Shown piece after piece: positions 36,541 to 50,829 of a stretch of DNA of 64,000 nt; position 1 is the first letter of the stretch, and the number at the start of each line of letters is the position of its first letter. The position numbers were made by a program, and so were the translations under genes. A model generated the notes under the pieces. The model had not been told where the DNA came from and did no database searches. It was given only the letters and a program-made list of their open reading frames with translations. This DNA comes from Camelus ferus (taxonomy: Eukaryota), in contig NC_045696.1 of NCBI RefSeq assembly GCF_009834535.1, positions 121,336,001 to 121,400,000 of the forward strand, read 5' to 3'.

Positions 36541-37764
36541 GTTTTGTGAGGTTGCTGGGAGTCCCAGGAAGGAGGTTTTCAACCTTCCAATTTTCTTTCG
36601 ACTCAGCAAGTGTTTGGAAGAAAGCAGTTACCTCCTGCTCTCTTCTCAGCCCAATCAAGTAATTAGCGGAGTTGAGAAATGAAATGGGCATTTGGCGGTA
36701 GAAATGGGTAATATTTTGTTAATATGGCATGAGGACTACCAGCTTCATAGCTTGAATTTCACAAAGAAAAGTGATAGCTTGGAAGTTTTCATTTTTTCTT
36801 CTCCATCTTCTTTTTAACCAAAAACCAAGAAGAAAAATCAATAAGATAAAGTTGTGCAAGGTTTAACTCCATTACACTTTGGAATTTAAATTGAACTTGT
36901 GAGCCCCATAGTCAATTAAACACAATCCTCTCCAAAGTCTCCTGACAAGACATTTCCAAAGAGCTTAAGATGTATTTATTCTCTTTGTGGAGTTTTGAAA
37001 ATTGGCTCTGAAAGAAAGAAAGAAATTTTAAAAACAACCACCCCCACATGCTACCGTGGATATGTTTTTAACTTTTAAAGTTATCCCACAGGAGACTGGG
37101 CTTGATTGAGTTAGAAAAGACACAGACAGCTGGGCCAGGACTTGCTCCTGAAGTAAAAATAAACTCATTAAAGGTTAAACTCTGTGCAGTGTCTTTAAGA
37201 CCAAGGCATCTGTAATACCTTACGGGACCAGCACAGCAACCTGAGCCAAGACCTGGCACCCGAGCTGCTGACCTGGGCCCGGAATTCTCCCACTGAGATC
37301 CGGCTCCCTGCATCCACTCTGCAGGCAGGAGGGAGCCACAGCATTGCTATTACTGCTGAAAGGAGGTCACTATTTTCTTCTTGCTCTGTTGTCTTGTTTC
37401 TATTTTCTAATATTTTGCTTTCACTCCCCAGTCTTCAAATTTAATTACGAAAGCACTGGAATAATCTTCTTCCATAGTCTCTCCCTGCCCCCATCTCTCA
37501 GCTCCCACAAGGGCGGCTCCACCCCGACACATGGGCCATGCAAGTCACTATCTTCAGCGGCCTTCTAGACCCTTCCCCAGCATGACTGCTGCTGAGACAC
37601 ACCCAGATGATCATTCCAAGGGTTAGTGAAGAAGCAGCCAGTGTCTTCAGCTTGGCTGCCTGCCCTCTCTCCACTGTGGAAGAGCAAATGTCAAGTCGAG
37701 GACTGGAGCAGGCTTTGGGTGCTAAGAGCCCTGGGCATGAGTGTTCAGTCTTCACACAGGCTGT

Positions 37765-37768
<4 letters not shown>

Positions 37769-37798
<30 letters not shown>
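37769..37798 (+). repeat. (TG)15 microsatellite
   Basis: Read directly from the sequence. Confidence 0.98.
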
Positions 37799-37801
<3 letters not shown>

Positions 37802-40324
37802 ACGCATTTCATCTTCTCCCCCCAGAAACCTTTCCTAAGCAGCCTGAGAGTCTGTGCTCACTGTGCAAGCTCCCCATGCCCGAGTGTTACTGCAGCTCAC
37901 AGCACCCTCTCTGGCCACCGTCTCTACCACCATTACATGGCAAGCTGCTTGAAGACAGGGTCCATTTACCTTAAAAATCTCTATGTTCTCAGCTCCTGAC
38001 AAGTGCTGAGCATGTGGTGGCTGCTTCTGGACAGATCAGTGGTGGAACGGGCACTGCTCTGGGGCTGTAGCCTCCTGACAGAAGTGACAGAAGAAACGGT
38101 TTTGCACAAATCTTGCTCCTTCTGTCACATTCCATCAATCCATTACTGGCCAAAAAGGAAAGACTATTCAGGATTTTGAGCCTAAAGGTACCAATGTTTT
38201 AATTTGATGGACACTTAAAATGCCAGGGCTAGAAGGGCTCTGAGGCATTACTTGCCAAAATATTTGATGGCCAGAAAAGTAGGGCCTCTCTCAATTCTGC
38301 TGAGCGCAGTAGGTCTCAAGGGCTGCTGATCCTGAGCAAGGCCTCCCCACCATGTGTCTCCCACTATGTGGCCCATGTAGGGGCTCGTTGGAGATAATCC
38401 ACAAAAGAAATACCAGGGTTACAACTAGGGGGAATTTGGATGTCAGCCTAAGGGTGTGGCCTTAATTTCATGATAAAGGTTCTGATCAAGGAGAGACATG
38501 GCTGGATATACATTTGGAATAAGTGATACGATGGATGTCTATGGGGGACCCATGCTGGTAGTGGTGGGAGAAGGCAGAGGGCAAGGGTGGACGTGCCTGA
38601 CAAGCGGCCGCTCTGTCCTATGCAAGAATGATGGGCCGTCGATGCGGGTGGGCAGAGAAGGCACACTTAGGCTGGGCTCACTACATCCCACAGAGAGGAA
38701 TCATCTAGAGGGGTTTCCGAGGGGCCCATATGGATCGTGAAGGAGGAAGCAGAGATGAGACAAAGGGCAGAGGTCATTCAAGATGCCAGCGGGGGCTCTG
38801 ATCAGCAGAGTCGGCACCCAGACCCTGTAACACGGTGCAGGGACGTGGGCTTCCTTGGGGCCCCTGCAGGTGGCCTCTGCCATTTGTTCAGGGCCTGAGA
38901 GGAAGGACCTGCTTCTACCAGCCAGGCCCACAGCAGGCCAGTCAGCCAGCATTCAGGCAGTGCATGGAATTCTCCAAACGCTCATGCTGCTTTCCTGATT
39001 GAAATGGGGTCAGGTTTATTTTTGCACTTTCCTGCCTTTTACAATAAGGTCCTGGCCAATCACTCCAAACCATGTACACCACTTCAGAAGAGAGAAATCT
39101 ACACAATCCAGGCAAAATGAGCTGCCTTGTGACCCTACACAGGGACAGAAGTGGAACCATGTCTCTGCCAAAGTTACATGTCAATAGAAGAGAAGAGAAG
39201 GAGACGCTGGGCCACTGCTTCTTTCCAAAGACAGGACTCAGCCACGGGCTCGCTCCTCAAATACAGGAGAACACCCTGCAAAACATTCTGGGATATAAAA
39301 TGTGGTATATTCACAAATATTTTCTTGGGTTTGGGAGTGCCAGTAGGTACTTAGTAAATGCTCAGTGTCAGCACCTAGTCTGGGCACACTGACTAGTGGC
39401 CCTGAGCTCAGGCCATTCTGGGATTCAAAAGAAACTAAGCCAGGAGCCAACGAAACAGGGAGGGGGGTTCCAGGAAAAGAGGAAAGAAGGGTGAGTTTCA
39501 TGCCAAATCAGACTAAGCATCCGAAGTGAGAGGGGAAACAGAAACATGGAAAGTGTCCCAGAAGGACCTGGATGAGAATCAGATTCCATCCACCCAGTCA
39601 AAGTCGAGTGCACGCTTTCCTTTTCAGTGGGTAACAGAAACACCAGGTCCCCAAGGCAGAAGACCACCGAGAATATTAAGGAATAATATTTAAGTGCCTC
39701 AGACCTCTGGTCTCAGGTGTAGAACAGTAGACTAGTAAGAACACTTCTGGTTTGCAAAGCAAAAATTTGTTGACCAATTGCCCAGTGAGGTTCCAAACTG
39801 AGGAGATGCACAGAATGGAGCTGGATGGGGCCAGGATGGTGGGGGCAGGCACCAGTCCGTGGAGGGACCTAAGTCACACTAGGCCACTCATCTCACAGCA
39901 AGGCTGCGAGTGACATCAGAGGACAGACGTCTCAGTAGAGCCTCAGGGCAGCATCCCCAAAGCACAAAGTATCCACAGAGGGGAACCCCGGAACCTCCCC
40001 CAAATCTGCAAATGTATTGAAAGCTTCAAACTGAAACAAACAGTCAAGGTGGAATATTCAGCTTTATAGATGCAGCTTTGACCCCAATGATTGGTAAAAG
40101 AGACCAGGTTATGGTAACACAGAGTCACAACAGAATAGGTCAGCAACCCACAGAGATAACCATCCCTGAACGAGCGCCTCCAACCCTGGGTCTTAGCATC
40201 CTGGCCTCAGACTGAAAGCTTCCATGAACACGGGATGAAATTCAAAGTTGTTGAGGTTGACCTGGAGCATTTTCTACCTTCTACATCCAACTGGGTTCCC
40301 AGGAGGTGAGAAAGGTAAAATATG

Positions 40325-40530
40325 AAAGTAGTTTGAAATCAGACACATTTGAACTCAAATCCTGTCTCTACTGTTGGCCAGCTGGGTGACCTTGGACTTG
40401 GGCAAGTTGCACCACTGCCCAGAGGGGTGGATATGGGCATAACTTCACCCGCACTGTGGCACCGTGGGGATGACGTGAGGTGACCCAATATCATGCCTGG
40501 CATGCGACAGCTGAGAAGGACACTAATTCT
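40325..40530 (+). mobile_element. MIR SINE
   Basis: tttgaaatcagaca...tcaaatcctgtctctact...agctgggtgaccttgg...ggcaagtt. Confidence 0.75.
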
Positions 40531-41704
40531 CTCTTCTCTGTCAGCCCCACTCTATTTTAGTTCCTGTTTCTTTCCAGAGAACAAAAGTCCAAGGAAGTTT
40601 GGCCCATAATCGCCTCCACAATTGAAGAAAGACTGTGCACGTCATTTGTTCTTCTTCTTACAGGAATATTTGGATAAGAACACGTTGAAGGCATAGACAT
40701 CTGGTACACTTTCCCAAGTAAAGGATTTAAAATGTGAGGAAAGATATGCAAAAAACATTGTTAGGTCCATACTCTGCACCAGGCACTGCTCTGGGCACTG
40801 GAGAAACATAAGATAAACAACTCTCTGCCCTCCTGAAGCGCATACACAAGTTGGGGAGAATGTACTCTGCTCAGAAACATTTACTGCAGCACTATTTGTA
40901 ATGATGAGAAACTAGACACAATATAAATATTGAACAAGAGGGAAATGGCTAAGTAAATTCTGTACTAATTGCCGGGGCATTATGCAGTGATCAAACGATA
41001 GCTGTGAAAAGAATGACAAACATGAATATGAACTAGCCTCTCACTGAGTAAGAAATTAAGGTGCTTCTGAAGGTTTGACTCCATCTCTGAGCATCTGAGT
41101 TTGTAAGACAGACTTTCTGACACAGGACATCTCAGTCCTTTTTTTCTCATCTTGTTTTATCTCTTGCAGTACCTAGAGTCAACCTCTGTACCTGTCTCTC
41201 GGCTGTGTCTCTGTCTCTCTCTGTCTTGCTCTCTCTCTCTCACACCCTCCATTATTAATTAACCCATCCCAACAGGGTTGAAGCAGTTGGGTGAAATCCC
41301 CTCCTAGCACTGACAGTTTGAGACTCCTTGATTTTACCACCCAGCAGAAGATCTGAGAGTGGTTATTTTATCACCAGTATTTATATTATGTGGAACACAG
41401 TTGTCGGCCCCGCGAAGAGTCCACATGATTCACCCAAAGGCAGTCAGGGTGTGGGGGTGTGGAGAGGAAGTGCTAACATCTGAGAGAGGGCAAACAGTAC
41501 CAAAATACAAACTGTAAATATCTGTGGAATTTGTGATTTGAAAACTGCTGACAAGCAGGGAGGTACATCTTTCCCGAGCATGACTTCAGCCTTGTGAATA
41601 AGTGGCCAGCACCCGGCTTATTTACTCCTTAGCCACCCTCCAGAGCCTGACCCACAGAACTAGCACAAAGGTGTGTCCTCCTGGTCACCCAAGACCAGGA
41701 CTAA

Positions 41705-42175
41705 GTGATGGCAAGGTGGACTTTCTTTTACCCCTCCCTGTGTCCCACACCCTTTACAATGTGACTTTTTCAGAAGGTATGGTTGTTTCCCCACCCCTGC
41801 CTCTGGGCTGGCCTGTGACTTCCTTTAGGCAACGGGATGCGGCAGAAGTCACTGGTGCCGACTCTAAGCCATGACTACAACACTTGCATGCATCTGCTCT
41901 TCCCCTTGGGGCCCTACTGATGCCATGTGACTCATGACAGGCTAGTCTGCTGAGGAGCCAGGGAGCACGTGGCCCAGCTGTCCTCACTGCCCTTGTCACC
42001 AGCCAGGCCTTACTGCACAGAGCAGACACCTGGGAAGGCTCACCTGAGACCAGAACTGCTCAGCTAAGCACAGCATCACTGCTGGCCACACCTGAGTTAA
42101 ATACACCGAGGCTGTGTTCAGCCACTATACTTTGGACGGTTTATTATTGAAGAGAAACAAAAGCAAACTGGATTC
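41705..42175 (+). mobile_element. MaLR solo LTR (MLT1G/H-like)
   Basis: ccctccctgtgtcccacacccttt...tgggctggcctgtgactt...gcggcagaagt...ccagaactgctcagctaagc...ttcagccacta. Confidence 0.75.
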
Positions 42176-42574
42176 CGAAATGAGCTGAAATCTGAGCACT
42201 TCCCAGATTTACGCAAGTCCAGGGGGAGGACTTTAGCTGTCATTTGTGGGTTTCTCTCCTCACTGCCACCTTATCAGGCCATGAACGAATCACACAGTAC
42301 CTGCTGTAAAACGCACAGAGATGTGGCCCCTGGGAAGCTGTGCTCTTCCTTCTCCTGGTGCACTGGGAAGACACATTATTCTGCACCTCATCAGAGAATA
42401 ACTTTGCAGAGATGCATGTGACAGGGGCACTTGTGCCTTCCCAGTATTTACGGCAAGATGAAGAGATGAACGGAACAGCTAGCATCTGGAGCTGCAGGGA
42501 AACCACAAGCAGGTGATTCCAACGACTCTGACACCTTGAGTTTGGGCTGCTTTCGCCCCCAGGCCGATGTGCTG

Positions 42575-43085
42575 TTGTAGTCCCCTATGTCTGTCTGAAA
42601 AAAACCACCCTAAACTTAATAGTACGGACAAAGTCATCATTTATGGTGCTTATCTCCCACAGTTCTGGGCTTGGCTTCGGGATTCTCACTCAGGACCTCC
42701 TGTGAAGGCGCAGCCGAATCTGTCTGTGGCTAGTGTCTCCCTGAAGGCGTCTTCACTCACCTCGTGGTAGCTGGTGCCACACTGACAAGTGGTCTCTGTA
42801 CAAGGCCCGGGAGTCCTCACAGCAGGGTGACTGATACCCAGGAGCAAGCATTCCTGAGGAAGCGAGGCAGAACCTGCAGCTGCCCTAAGGCCGCCGGAGG
42901 ACGGATGTCACTGCCACCGAGTAACATTCCACTGTACTCAGTCAAAAAGGCGCGCCTAGCTACACGAAAAGGGGCACAGATTCTGCCTCTAATACCCATG
43001 GGTGTGGAAAGGTCGCATTTAAAGACAAGTGAGCGGGGTGGAAAATGTTATTACAGCCTTGGGCGGAAAATGAAACCTCCCAGAT
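42575..43085 (-). mobile_element. MaLR solo LTR (MLT1H-like)
   Basis: aaaccaccctaaacttaatag...tgaaggcgtcttcactcac...cctcacagcagggtgactg...agcaagcattcc is reverse MLT1. Confidence 0.7.
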
Positions 43086-44429
43086 GTGCAGATAAATAAT
43101 AGGAAATCAGGAAATCTTGGAGTCACTTTTCCTTGCCCCGAGCCAGACATTTTATTAACATGCAGTTAGAACCATACAAGCTAAGGATTTAGACATTCAA
43201 TGTGGTGTTACCATATTCAGCCCGGTCTTGGATACGATTAGAACTTGAACCTTCCCTATTTGAGTCTTCCTAAAAGCGTCTTGACAGTTAATGAGAACCC
43301 TTCTGTTGGCTGGGTGCCATCCTTCCACATACAACTAGATGACATTTAATTAAAAAACAAACTTTGCTTTAAAATATTAATCAGAACATATAATTTTACA
43401 GTTGTTAGCCTCTGCCTGGAGCAAAAAAAAAAAAAAAGAAAGAAAGAAAAGAAAAAGAAAAAACCACACAGCCAGCTTGGTCAGCTAACGTTAAGTCCCG
43501 GGTGCCCAGAAAAGGTGAACATTCAAAAAAACCTCCTAGACACTTTTAGAAGCCACAAACTACAACAGAGTGATTCCTACATTCTCCTGTTCTGGTCCCT
43601 TGTCAGGGGTCTACCAGGGCCCCCTCCTTTAAAGAGGGATGTGGTGGGGAAGGGAGATGGTTGGCAGGTCTTCCTGGATTTGGTTGCAAAGATCCAGAAT
43701 CCATCCATCTTGTTTTCATAATAATTCTTCAACTAAAGCAGGAGGTAAAGGGGTCTCAGTATACATAGCCAGAGATTCCCAAGGTTAGAAGGAAGCAAGG
43801 AGAGGAAGAAAGGCGTGCCCAGCACTGGAGGAAGGGGGCACACGTTCCTGTAAGGCTGTGGATTGTGGGCACAGTCAGAGAGGTGTAGGGGAGCTCAGAG
43901 CTCAGGGAGCAGAACCCCACATTACCAGTGCTGTGGGGTGCTGGAGAGTGGGGGGCACACAAATCCATGCAGGAGAAAGGGCCAATGGGGGTGACATCGT
44001 GACAAAAGTCTCCATGTCCACACCAGACACGGAAGCCTTGCACAGTCCTGCCCCGAGGCCATGAGGCAAAGGAACTCTCAGGGGCCTTGGTGCACCACAC
44101 GGTCCCTGCTCCTTGCCCAACAAGACCCCAGACAAACAGGGCATGAGGTGAGTTCAGGGAGCCCCCAAAAGACAGATGTTAAAGCTTCCTGTTAGCTTTG
44201 TGGGACTATGGTTATAAACATTAAATTGTATTATAGAAAGTAAAGCTAGTTAAATTTCTTACTCGCAAGTTTGTGGACTGAGAGTCACAACCACTGCATT
44301 GTTTTCAGAGCAATAAGTATGTTTGTAGTCATTATTTTCTTAAGTTCGAGAAAATTAATGTCACATTAGCAGATAGAGAATGAGAGAAATAAAGAGGAAA
44401 TACCTTTTCTCCCAGTTTTGTGCAAAGAA

Positions 44430-44640
44430 CACCTGGGGACAGAGCATCTGGGTTCAAATCCTGATAACACTACTTACTGCCTGGGCATGTAACTGTGAGC
44501 ATTTCATTTCTCCTCAGTTTTGTCATCCATGATATGCAACAAACTTTACTTTGTGCAGGATTCCTGAACAGCTTACATGACAACGTGTGCAAAGCCAGCT
44601 GCAAACCCTATAACCCCAGGTGTGTGAGTTTTTGCCTCCT
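44430..44640 (+). mobile_element. MIR SINE
   Basis: ctgggttcaaatcctg...ctacttactg...cctcagttttgtcatc. Confidence 0.75.
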
Positions 44641-44844
44641 ATCTCTGCATGTTACAGGCAACTGTGAAATAGTTGATTTGAATATAATTGACTTGCAAGA
44701 AAAATAATGGAAAAATTCAATTTTTACTTACTGACCATGCCGTAAAAAGTGATGGAATTAGAGATCTTTCTCACTGTCTGGTTAATTCTACCTACCACTC
44801 ACTTTAGAAATGTGGCTGGAAAGCCATGAGCTTGAAAACAAGCT

Positions 44845-45350
44845 CTGTGATGGTTGACACCCATGGCAGTTTCCAATGACTCCCAGCCCCTGTGTGCTCC
44901 CCTCCTACCCTGAACAGGGCAGACCACCCCCTCAGCAGGACGCAGTGGAGATGATGCTGTGTGGCCCCGAGGCCAGGTCATAAGGATGTTGCGGACTCAA
45001 CTCTGCTCTCTCTCAGGTCCTTGCTCTGGCAGAAACCACTGCCAAGTAGGAGGGCGACCAGATGTTCCTACGGGCAGGTCCACATGGTAGGGAACTGAGG
45101 CCTTCTGCCTACAGCCAGCACTAGCCAACCATCTGCGTCAGCTGGCTACCTGAGAAGCACATCCTTCAGCCCCGGTCAAGCTTTCAGATGACCACAGCCT
45201 GGATCACCTGTTTGACCGTCAGCACATGAGAGACCTTACACCAGACCCATTCGGCAACACTTAGCCCTCAAATTCCTGGCCTAAGAACACAGTATGAGAC
45301 CAAGAACCTTTGCTGATTTATGCCACTAAGGTTTAGGACAAACTGCTAAA
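44845..45350 (+). mobile_element. MaLR solo LTR (MLT1F-like)
   Basis: aggtccacatggtagggaactgaggcc...cagccagca...cagccccggtcaagctttcagatgac...catgagagacc...aaattcctg...gccactaag. Confidence 0.8.
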
Positions 45351-46684
45351 ATAAAGCTCCATGAAACCATAGGTCCACATCATAGTCCATTTTATGTCTT
45401 TCTAATTTAGTTAACTCTCTCAGTCACAACATTTCCTGCTAGAACTTGAGTTGTGCTTGTGTGCTGGGGCTAAGGGAGCACATTTGCTTACTTGAGCATT
45501 AAGATTAGAAATACAAGTTCAAGTCTTCTTTTGCTTTTGTCTTTTAATAGGCTTGTATAATCCTGGAGTTGGAAAAGACCGGCAAGTTACGAGGTGTAAT
45601 CCTCTATCTGCTTAGTTTAGGAGTTCATGTGGACATCCAGTTTCTCAGTGAGTATGTGAATGTAGCTTTCTGAGGGCCTCTTCCTCCCCACCAGCATCAT
45701 TAAAATCTGTTACGTCAGATAACGTTCAGTTATTTCAAGTATTCATCATTTAACATCATTTAACAAATTTGGGCTTTTAAAAATTATTTCTTAAGAGGTC
45801 TCATATTACATATCTCATCTCACACCTTTTAAAAAATATTTTGTCTTGGAGATACTTAGGTCACGACCTATAGATCTACTCCATAACATCTGTTTGCATA
45901 TTATTTCATAGTATGGACACAAAATAGAATATATTCTCCTATTGACAGATTATTTTTCCCCTAATTTTTCCCTAAAACAATGTGGCAGTGTATGTCTTTG
46001 GGACATTCTCCTTGTGAACAGGCCCATGTATCTCTCCAGGGCAGAGACACAGAAATCCCTGGGTCACAGGGGATTTATTTTCTTAATGTGTATAAATTCA
46101 GTCTTGTCTATCTTTTGAAGTGAGTGTGCTAATTAATACCTTAATCTGCAAAATATGAAATAACTTGTTTCCCTACATTTTCCTTTATATATATACTACA
46201 GATTTTTTTTAATTTATGATGAATTTTAACAGCAAAATAAATAGAAAATGTCCAAATGGATCCTCCATGAAACCAAGAACCTGCCTGTCTTCTTTATTTT
46301 TATATATGTAGAAACTAGAACCATTGCTGGTACATGAGAGAAGACATTTAATCAGCATTAGTTGAATAAATGAATGAATGAAGCAATCAATCATAAAAGA
46401 GAATGGAAGAAATTTACCTTCCTCAAATCTTTTTGAAATAGGGATTTCTGCCTACAATGCTGAAAGCTGGGAAAAGCGCTGCTTCTACTCTAACAATCAG
46501 ATGAAGCCAAGTAAGCTGAACATTCATAACCTTTCTTAAACAAATCAGAGAACTGAGGTCAGGGGTTAAAAACCATGAAACCTAAGGAAAGTCAAGGGCC
46601 CGTGAGGAGAGATGGGGTTTGATACCGACCCAATGAAAAGAAGACAAGGCCGTCATAAAAGTCAGAGAGGAGAATTCAGTGAGT

Positions 46685-47427
46685 GTGGCAGGGCGTAAAA
46701 ACACACATCAATGGAACAGAACTGCAAGCCCAGAAATGAACCCACATGTCTGTGGCCAATTAATCTTCAGCAAAGGAGCCAAGAATACACAGTGGGGAAA
46801 GGGCTCTCTCAACGATAAATGGTGCTGGGAAAACTGAACAGTCACATGTAGGATCATGAAATTACATCACTATCTTACACTGTATGCACAAATTAACCCA
46901 AAATGAATTAAAGACTTGAATGTAAGGCTTCAGACCACACAATTCTTAGAAGAAAACACAGGTGGTAAGCTCCCTGACATCAGTCTTAGCAGTAACTTTT
47001 TGGATCTGACTTCAAAAGCAAAGGTGACAAAAGCAAAAATAAACAAATGAGACTCTATCAAATGAAAAAGTTTCTGCACAGCAAAGGAAATCATCAGCAA
47101 GATGAAAAGGCAACCTATGGAATGGGAGGAAATATTTTCAAATCATTTATCTGAAAAGGGGTTAATATTCAAAATATGTAAAGAACTCATACAACTCAGT
47201 AGCCAAAAAAAAAGAAAGAAAGAAAGAAACAATCCAATTAAAAATGGGCAGAGGATCTCAAAGAAGACATACACGTGGCCACCACGTACATGAAAAGGTC
47301 CCCAACGTCACTAATCATCAAGGAAATTCAAATTCAAACCATCATGAGCTATCACCTCATACCTGTTAGAATGGCTATTGCCAAAAAGGCAAGAAGTAAC
47401 AAACGTTAGCAAGGATGTGGAGAAAAA
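46685..47427 (+). mobile_element. L1 ORF2 C-terminal fragment without 3'UTR
   Basis: ORF 47102..47293 MKRQPMEWEEIFSNHLSEKGLIFKICKELIQL. Also caatggaacagaa and tatcacctcatacctgttagaatggcta. Confidence 0.93.
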
Positions 47428-47800
47428 TAGGCAGATTATCCTGGATTATTCTGGTGAGCCCAATGTAATCATCAGAGTCTTTAAGAGTAGAATAGGGAGG
47501 CCAAACAGTAGGTCAGAGTGACGTTATATGAAAAGGGCTTGACTTGTCATTCATTACTGGTGTGTAGATGGAGGAAGGGGCCACAAGCCAAGGAACACAG
47601 CTGGCCTCTACAGCTGCAAAGGAAAGGAAGCGGAGTCTCCACTAAAGCCCTCAGAAGGGAACACTGTTCTGCCAACCTCTTGGTTTTTGTCCTTGAGACT
47701 CATGTGAGATGTATATAGAATCTAAGATAATAAATCTGTACTGTTTCAGCCACTAAGTTTGTGGTAATTGGTTCCAACAGCAACAGCAAATGAAAATGCA
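47428..47800 (+). mobile_element. MaLR LTR (MLT1D-like), 5' part missing
   Basis: agattatcctggattat...gcccaatgtaatca...gatggaggaaggggccacaagccaaggaa...aataaatctgt...gccactaagtttgtggtaatt. Confidence 0.88.
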
Positions 47801-48216
47801 CTCTCCCCTCGTCCACAAAGTTTCAGCAAATACCTAGGGAAACGTGAGGAGTCAGCCCACAACTGTGTGGTGATGAAAGTCAGATAAGATTGACAATAAA
47901 TACGCCAGGTTAATGAGTAACCAGCAGGACATGTGCTGGTAAGAAATCAAATGCAGACAAACACATCATAAGGTACCATGCTCACTTATAAGAGTGTGAA
48001 CAGGTCATAATTATCTGGCAGATGAAGAAATTTGCAAATTTAACACAAAGAGGGAATAAATAACTTCAAGTAGACTATAAAAGGTCAGTGTGTCTTAAGA
48101 ATCATCCAGTGATCTCAGGTTGGTCTAAGTAAGCAGGAAAATAGCTTACATCCGTACATCGGCCACAACCCTTCTTGTAAGATATACACAAAAAAAAAAA
48201 AAAGGAAAAGGAGTCT

Positions 48217-48270
48217 AGGGAGGAGGAAGAAGATGGGAAGGAGGAAGAGGAGGAGGAGGAGGAAGCAGCA
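48217..48270 (+). repeat. (GGA/GAA)n purine-rich repeat
   Basis: Read directly from the sequence. It explains the poly-Ser and poly-Arg ORFs here. Confidence 0.9.
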
Positions 48271-49429
48271 GAAGAGATATAAAAGTGTAATGTTAATCCT
48301 GGAAGTAACCTCAGCATGTTGGGTTGGAACACTGGGACCTGGACAAAGAAATGACAGAAGGAGAGTCCAGGACAGTTGCCTGGTGCCAAATGGAGTTTCT
48401 ACTGAACAGTCAAAGCTCTCTCGTGAGAGTCCACCCCCTAGGTTTTCCTTCTGCCCCTGACCTTGCCTCTAATTCTTTCTTGGAGAATGTTATTCAAATT
48501 CGCTCCTATATAAAAGTTCTTGGTTCGCTGGGTGTCCCAGCAGGAGGGCATTATGTATATTTCCTCAAATTAACAATGTAGTGAACACAGTCCAAAATAA
48601 GGAGGACAGCACTGCTTACGAAGGGCTGGTGTCGATCAGGCACCTATTAGTGCCCCATCCCACTTAACCCCTCAGCTTTAGATGGCAGCTATAAGCATCT
48701 TGATCAGGGAACTGCTCTTACCCTCTTACCCAAGATCACACGGCTAACAGCACAGGAAGGAAGATGGCTTCTCAGAAAGGCTGTGTTGAAGGTACTGTTA
48801 GGTGCGGGAGAGTGCGCTGTCTACGTAGGAGGGCTTGGAAATCAATAGTCCTTGCTAGAAATTCCAGTGTGCTCCCTGCCGGGTGTCTCTGGGTCTATAA
48901 AGAACAAATTAGACAATTTTATTCCTATAACCCTGATGGTCTAAGTCGATCCACGAACTATAATTAGGATCCAGTGTTTTTGGTTCCCCAAGAGGAAATA
49001 AAGAAGATGGAAATAAAGCTGGCCAAACTGGGAGGACAAAAACCCCACAAAGTCTGGGAAGCACAATTCTATTCAAAGACTCAATAAAGTCAGAGACAAG
49101 AAGATGCAAGTGAAGCCAAGAGTTCTTGTTTGTTAAGGGGGGAGAGGTATAAAACGAACTGCTCAAGAGGAGGACAAAGTCAAGGACACGTGTTTAGTTA
49201 GGACAGTGTGATGCAAAGCCAGGTGAAGGTCCAGTCGAGGCAGCAACCTGGGCTTGGGGACAAAAACAAAGATACGGGGGCCTGCCATCTTGTCAGTCAG
49301 AGCAAAGCACACCTCACTTATTCAAACAAGAAAGGAAGATTCTGAGCATCTCTGAGCTCTGCCTTAGACCAACAGCCCTGACAATACACATCAAACACCG
49401 CGCGTGCCCGGAACTGCACCCAACCTTTT

Positions 49430-49760
49430 ATTCCTTCCACCCACAAATGTATGTTGAGCACTTACTGTGTCCCAAGCACTGGTGACAACACTGGTGATGT
49501 GGTGCAGGACAACAGGACCCAGCCCCTGCCCTGCAGAACCTCAGAGGCCCGGGAAGCAGCCTGGCAGACTAAACATTCCAAGATCTACAGAACTGTTAGT
49601 GCTTCCAAATATGCACAGTGCTTCAGGAGGGGTCTGGGAGACCACTGGGTGTCTTCCCAAATAGGGGACCATATGAGTTGGATCTCAAAGTACACATAGG
49701 AGTCACCAGAGAGAAATAAAGAAAGAATAAAGATTTCAGGCAGTGATCCCATACCTGGGA
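49430..49760 (-). mobile_element. L2 3' fragment
   Basis: caaatgtatgttgagcacttactgtgtcccaagcactg...cagcccctgccctgcaga. Confidence 0.7.
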
Positions 49761-50829
49761 ATAGGCACTAAGAAAACAGATGTTTTAAATAAATGCATGA
49801 AGATATCAAAAGCAGATTTATTCTGAAATTCAAACCTAGAAACAATCAACAAGTTCAACCACTGAAGAAAAGTAGTTCAGAAAACTCTGTTGATTCAATA
49901 GTCTATTCAACTATTTTTGACCTATAAATGGCAATTTCACAGTATTTAACCCAATGGAATTTCAATCTAATGAAGGTTATTTCATTGAAAATGGGAGAAA
50001 ATCAGTGAAGACTGCGTAGAAAGAGAGAAAAGATTCCACAAAATGATGACAGGTGAGAAATACAGAGGACAAATATTTCATGTGTAACATAAATTCAAGC
50101 ACATGAAATGTGTTTCCATATTGACAAAGATTAAAAAGAAACAGAAATGAGAGGTAGCTGTTGTAGAGCAGAAGCTTAAGAATATTAAAAACCCACTCCT
50201 GTTGTTTTAATTTACATATATGTCTGTGTGTATATATATACAAATAATGTATACATACACATGCATATATAAATTTAAAGTGTGAACCAAGGTGATATGA
50301 AATTAATTATAGTCCTTTAAAAGTGGTTTAGTAGATTATCCAAAATATTCCATTTTACCTAAGTCTGAAAGAAATACATTGACCTATTTCTCCAGGGAAA
50401 AAAGAAGCTCACTGATTCTGTTCTTAAAAAGAAATAACACATCGCAGTCAACTGAAGAGGACGTGATCTGCACGCTATGAAGCAGTGGGTTCTAGGAGGA
50501 AACATCCCTCCTAAATCACATATTTATTCTTGTTGCTGTCACAGTATCTGAATCCAGTGTAATGTGCTTAATTACACCTGACATGGCTTTGAAATTCTTG
50601 TGTTGGAGATTTGGGGGATACTTAATTTTTCTGCATCTTGAGTCTTTGGCGAGACATTCCAATTCTGTCTTCTCTCTGGACCTGATTAATGTCTGGCAAG
50701 GGTCTAGGCGAAGGCTTCAACTGGATATGGCATTGTATCCAACAGAGATCTGCCGTGCTCACACACTTGAAACTGAATTGTGACAGACACCTCCATACCT
50801 GGGGCAGCTGAAGGCATCTATTAGACTTG

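Noticed and set aside
48102..48460. Poly-Ser and poly-Arg/Lys ORFs
   Set aside because: Translation artefacts of the (GGA/GAA)n repeat and A-run.
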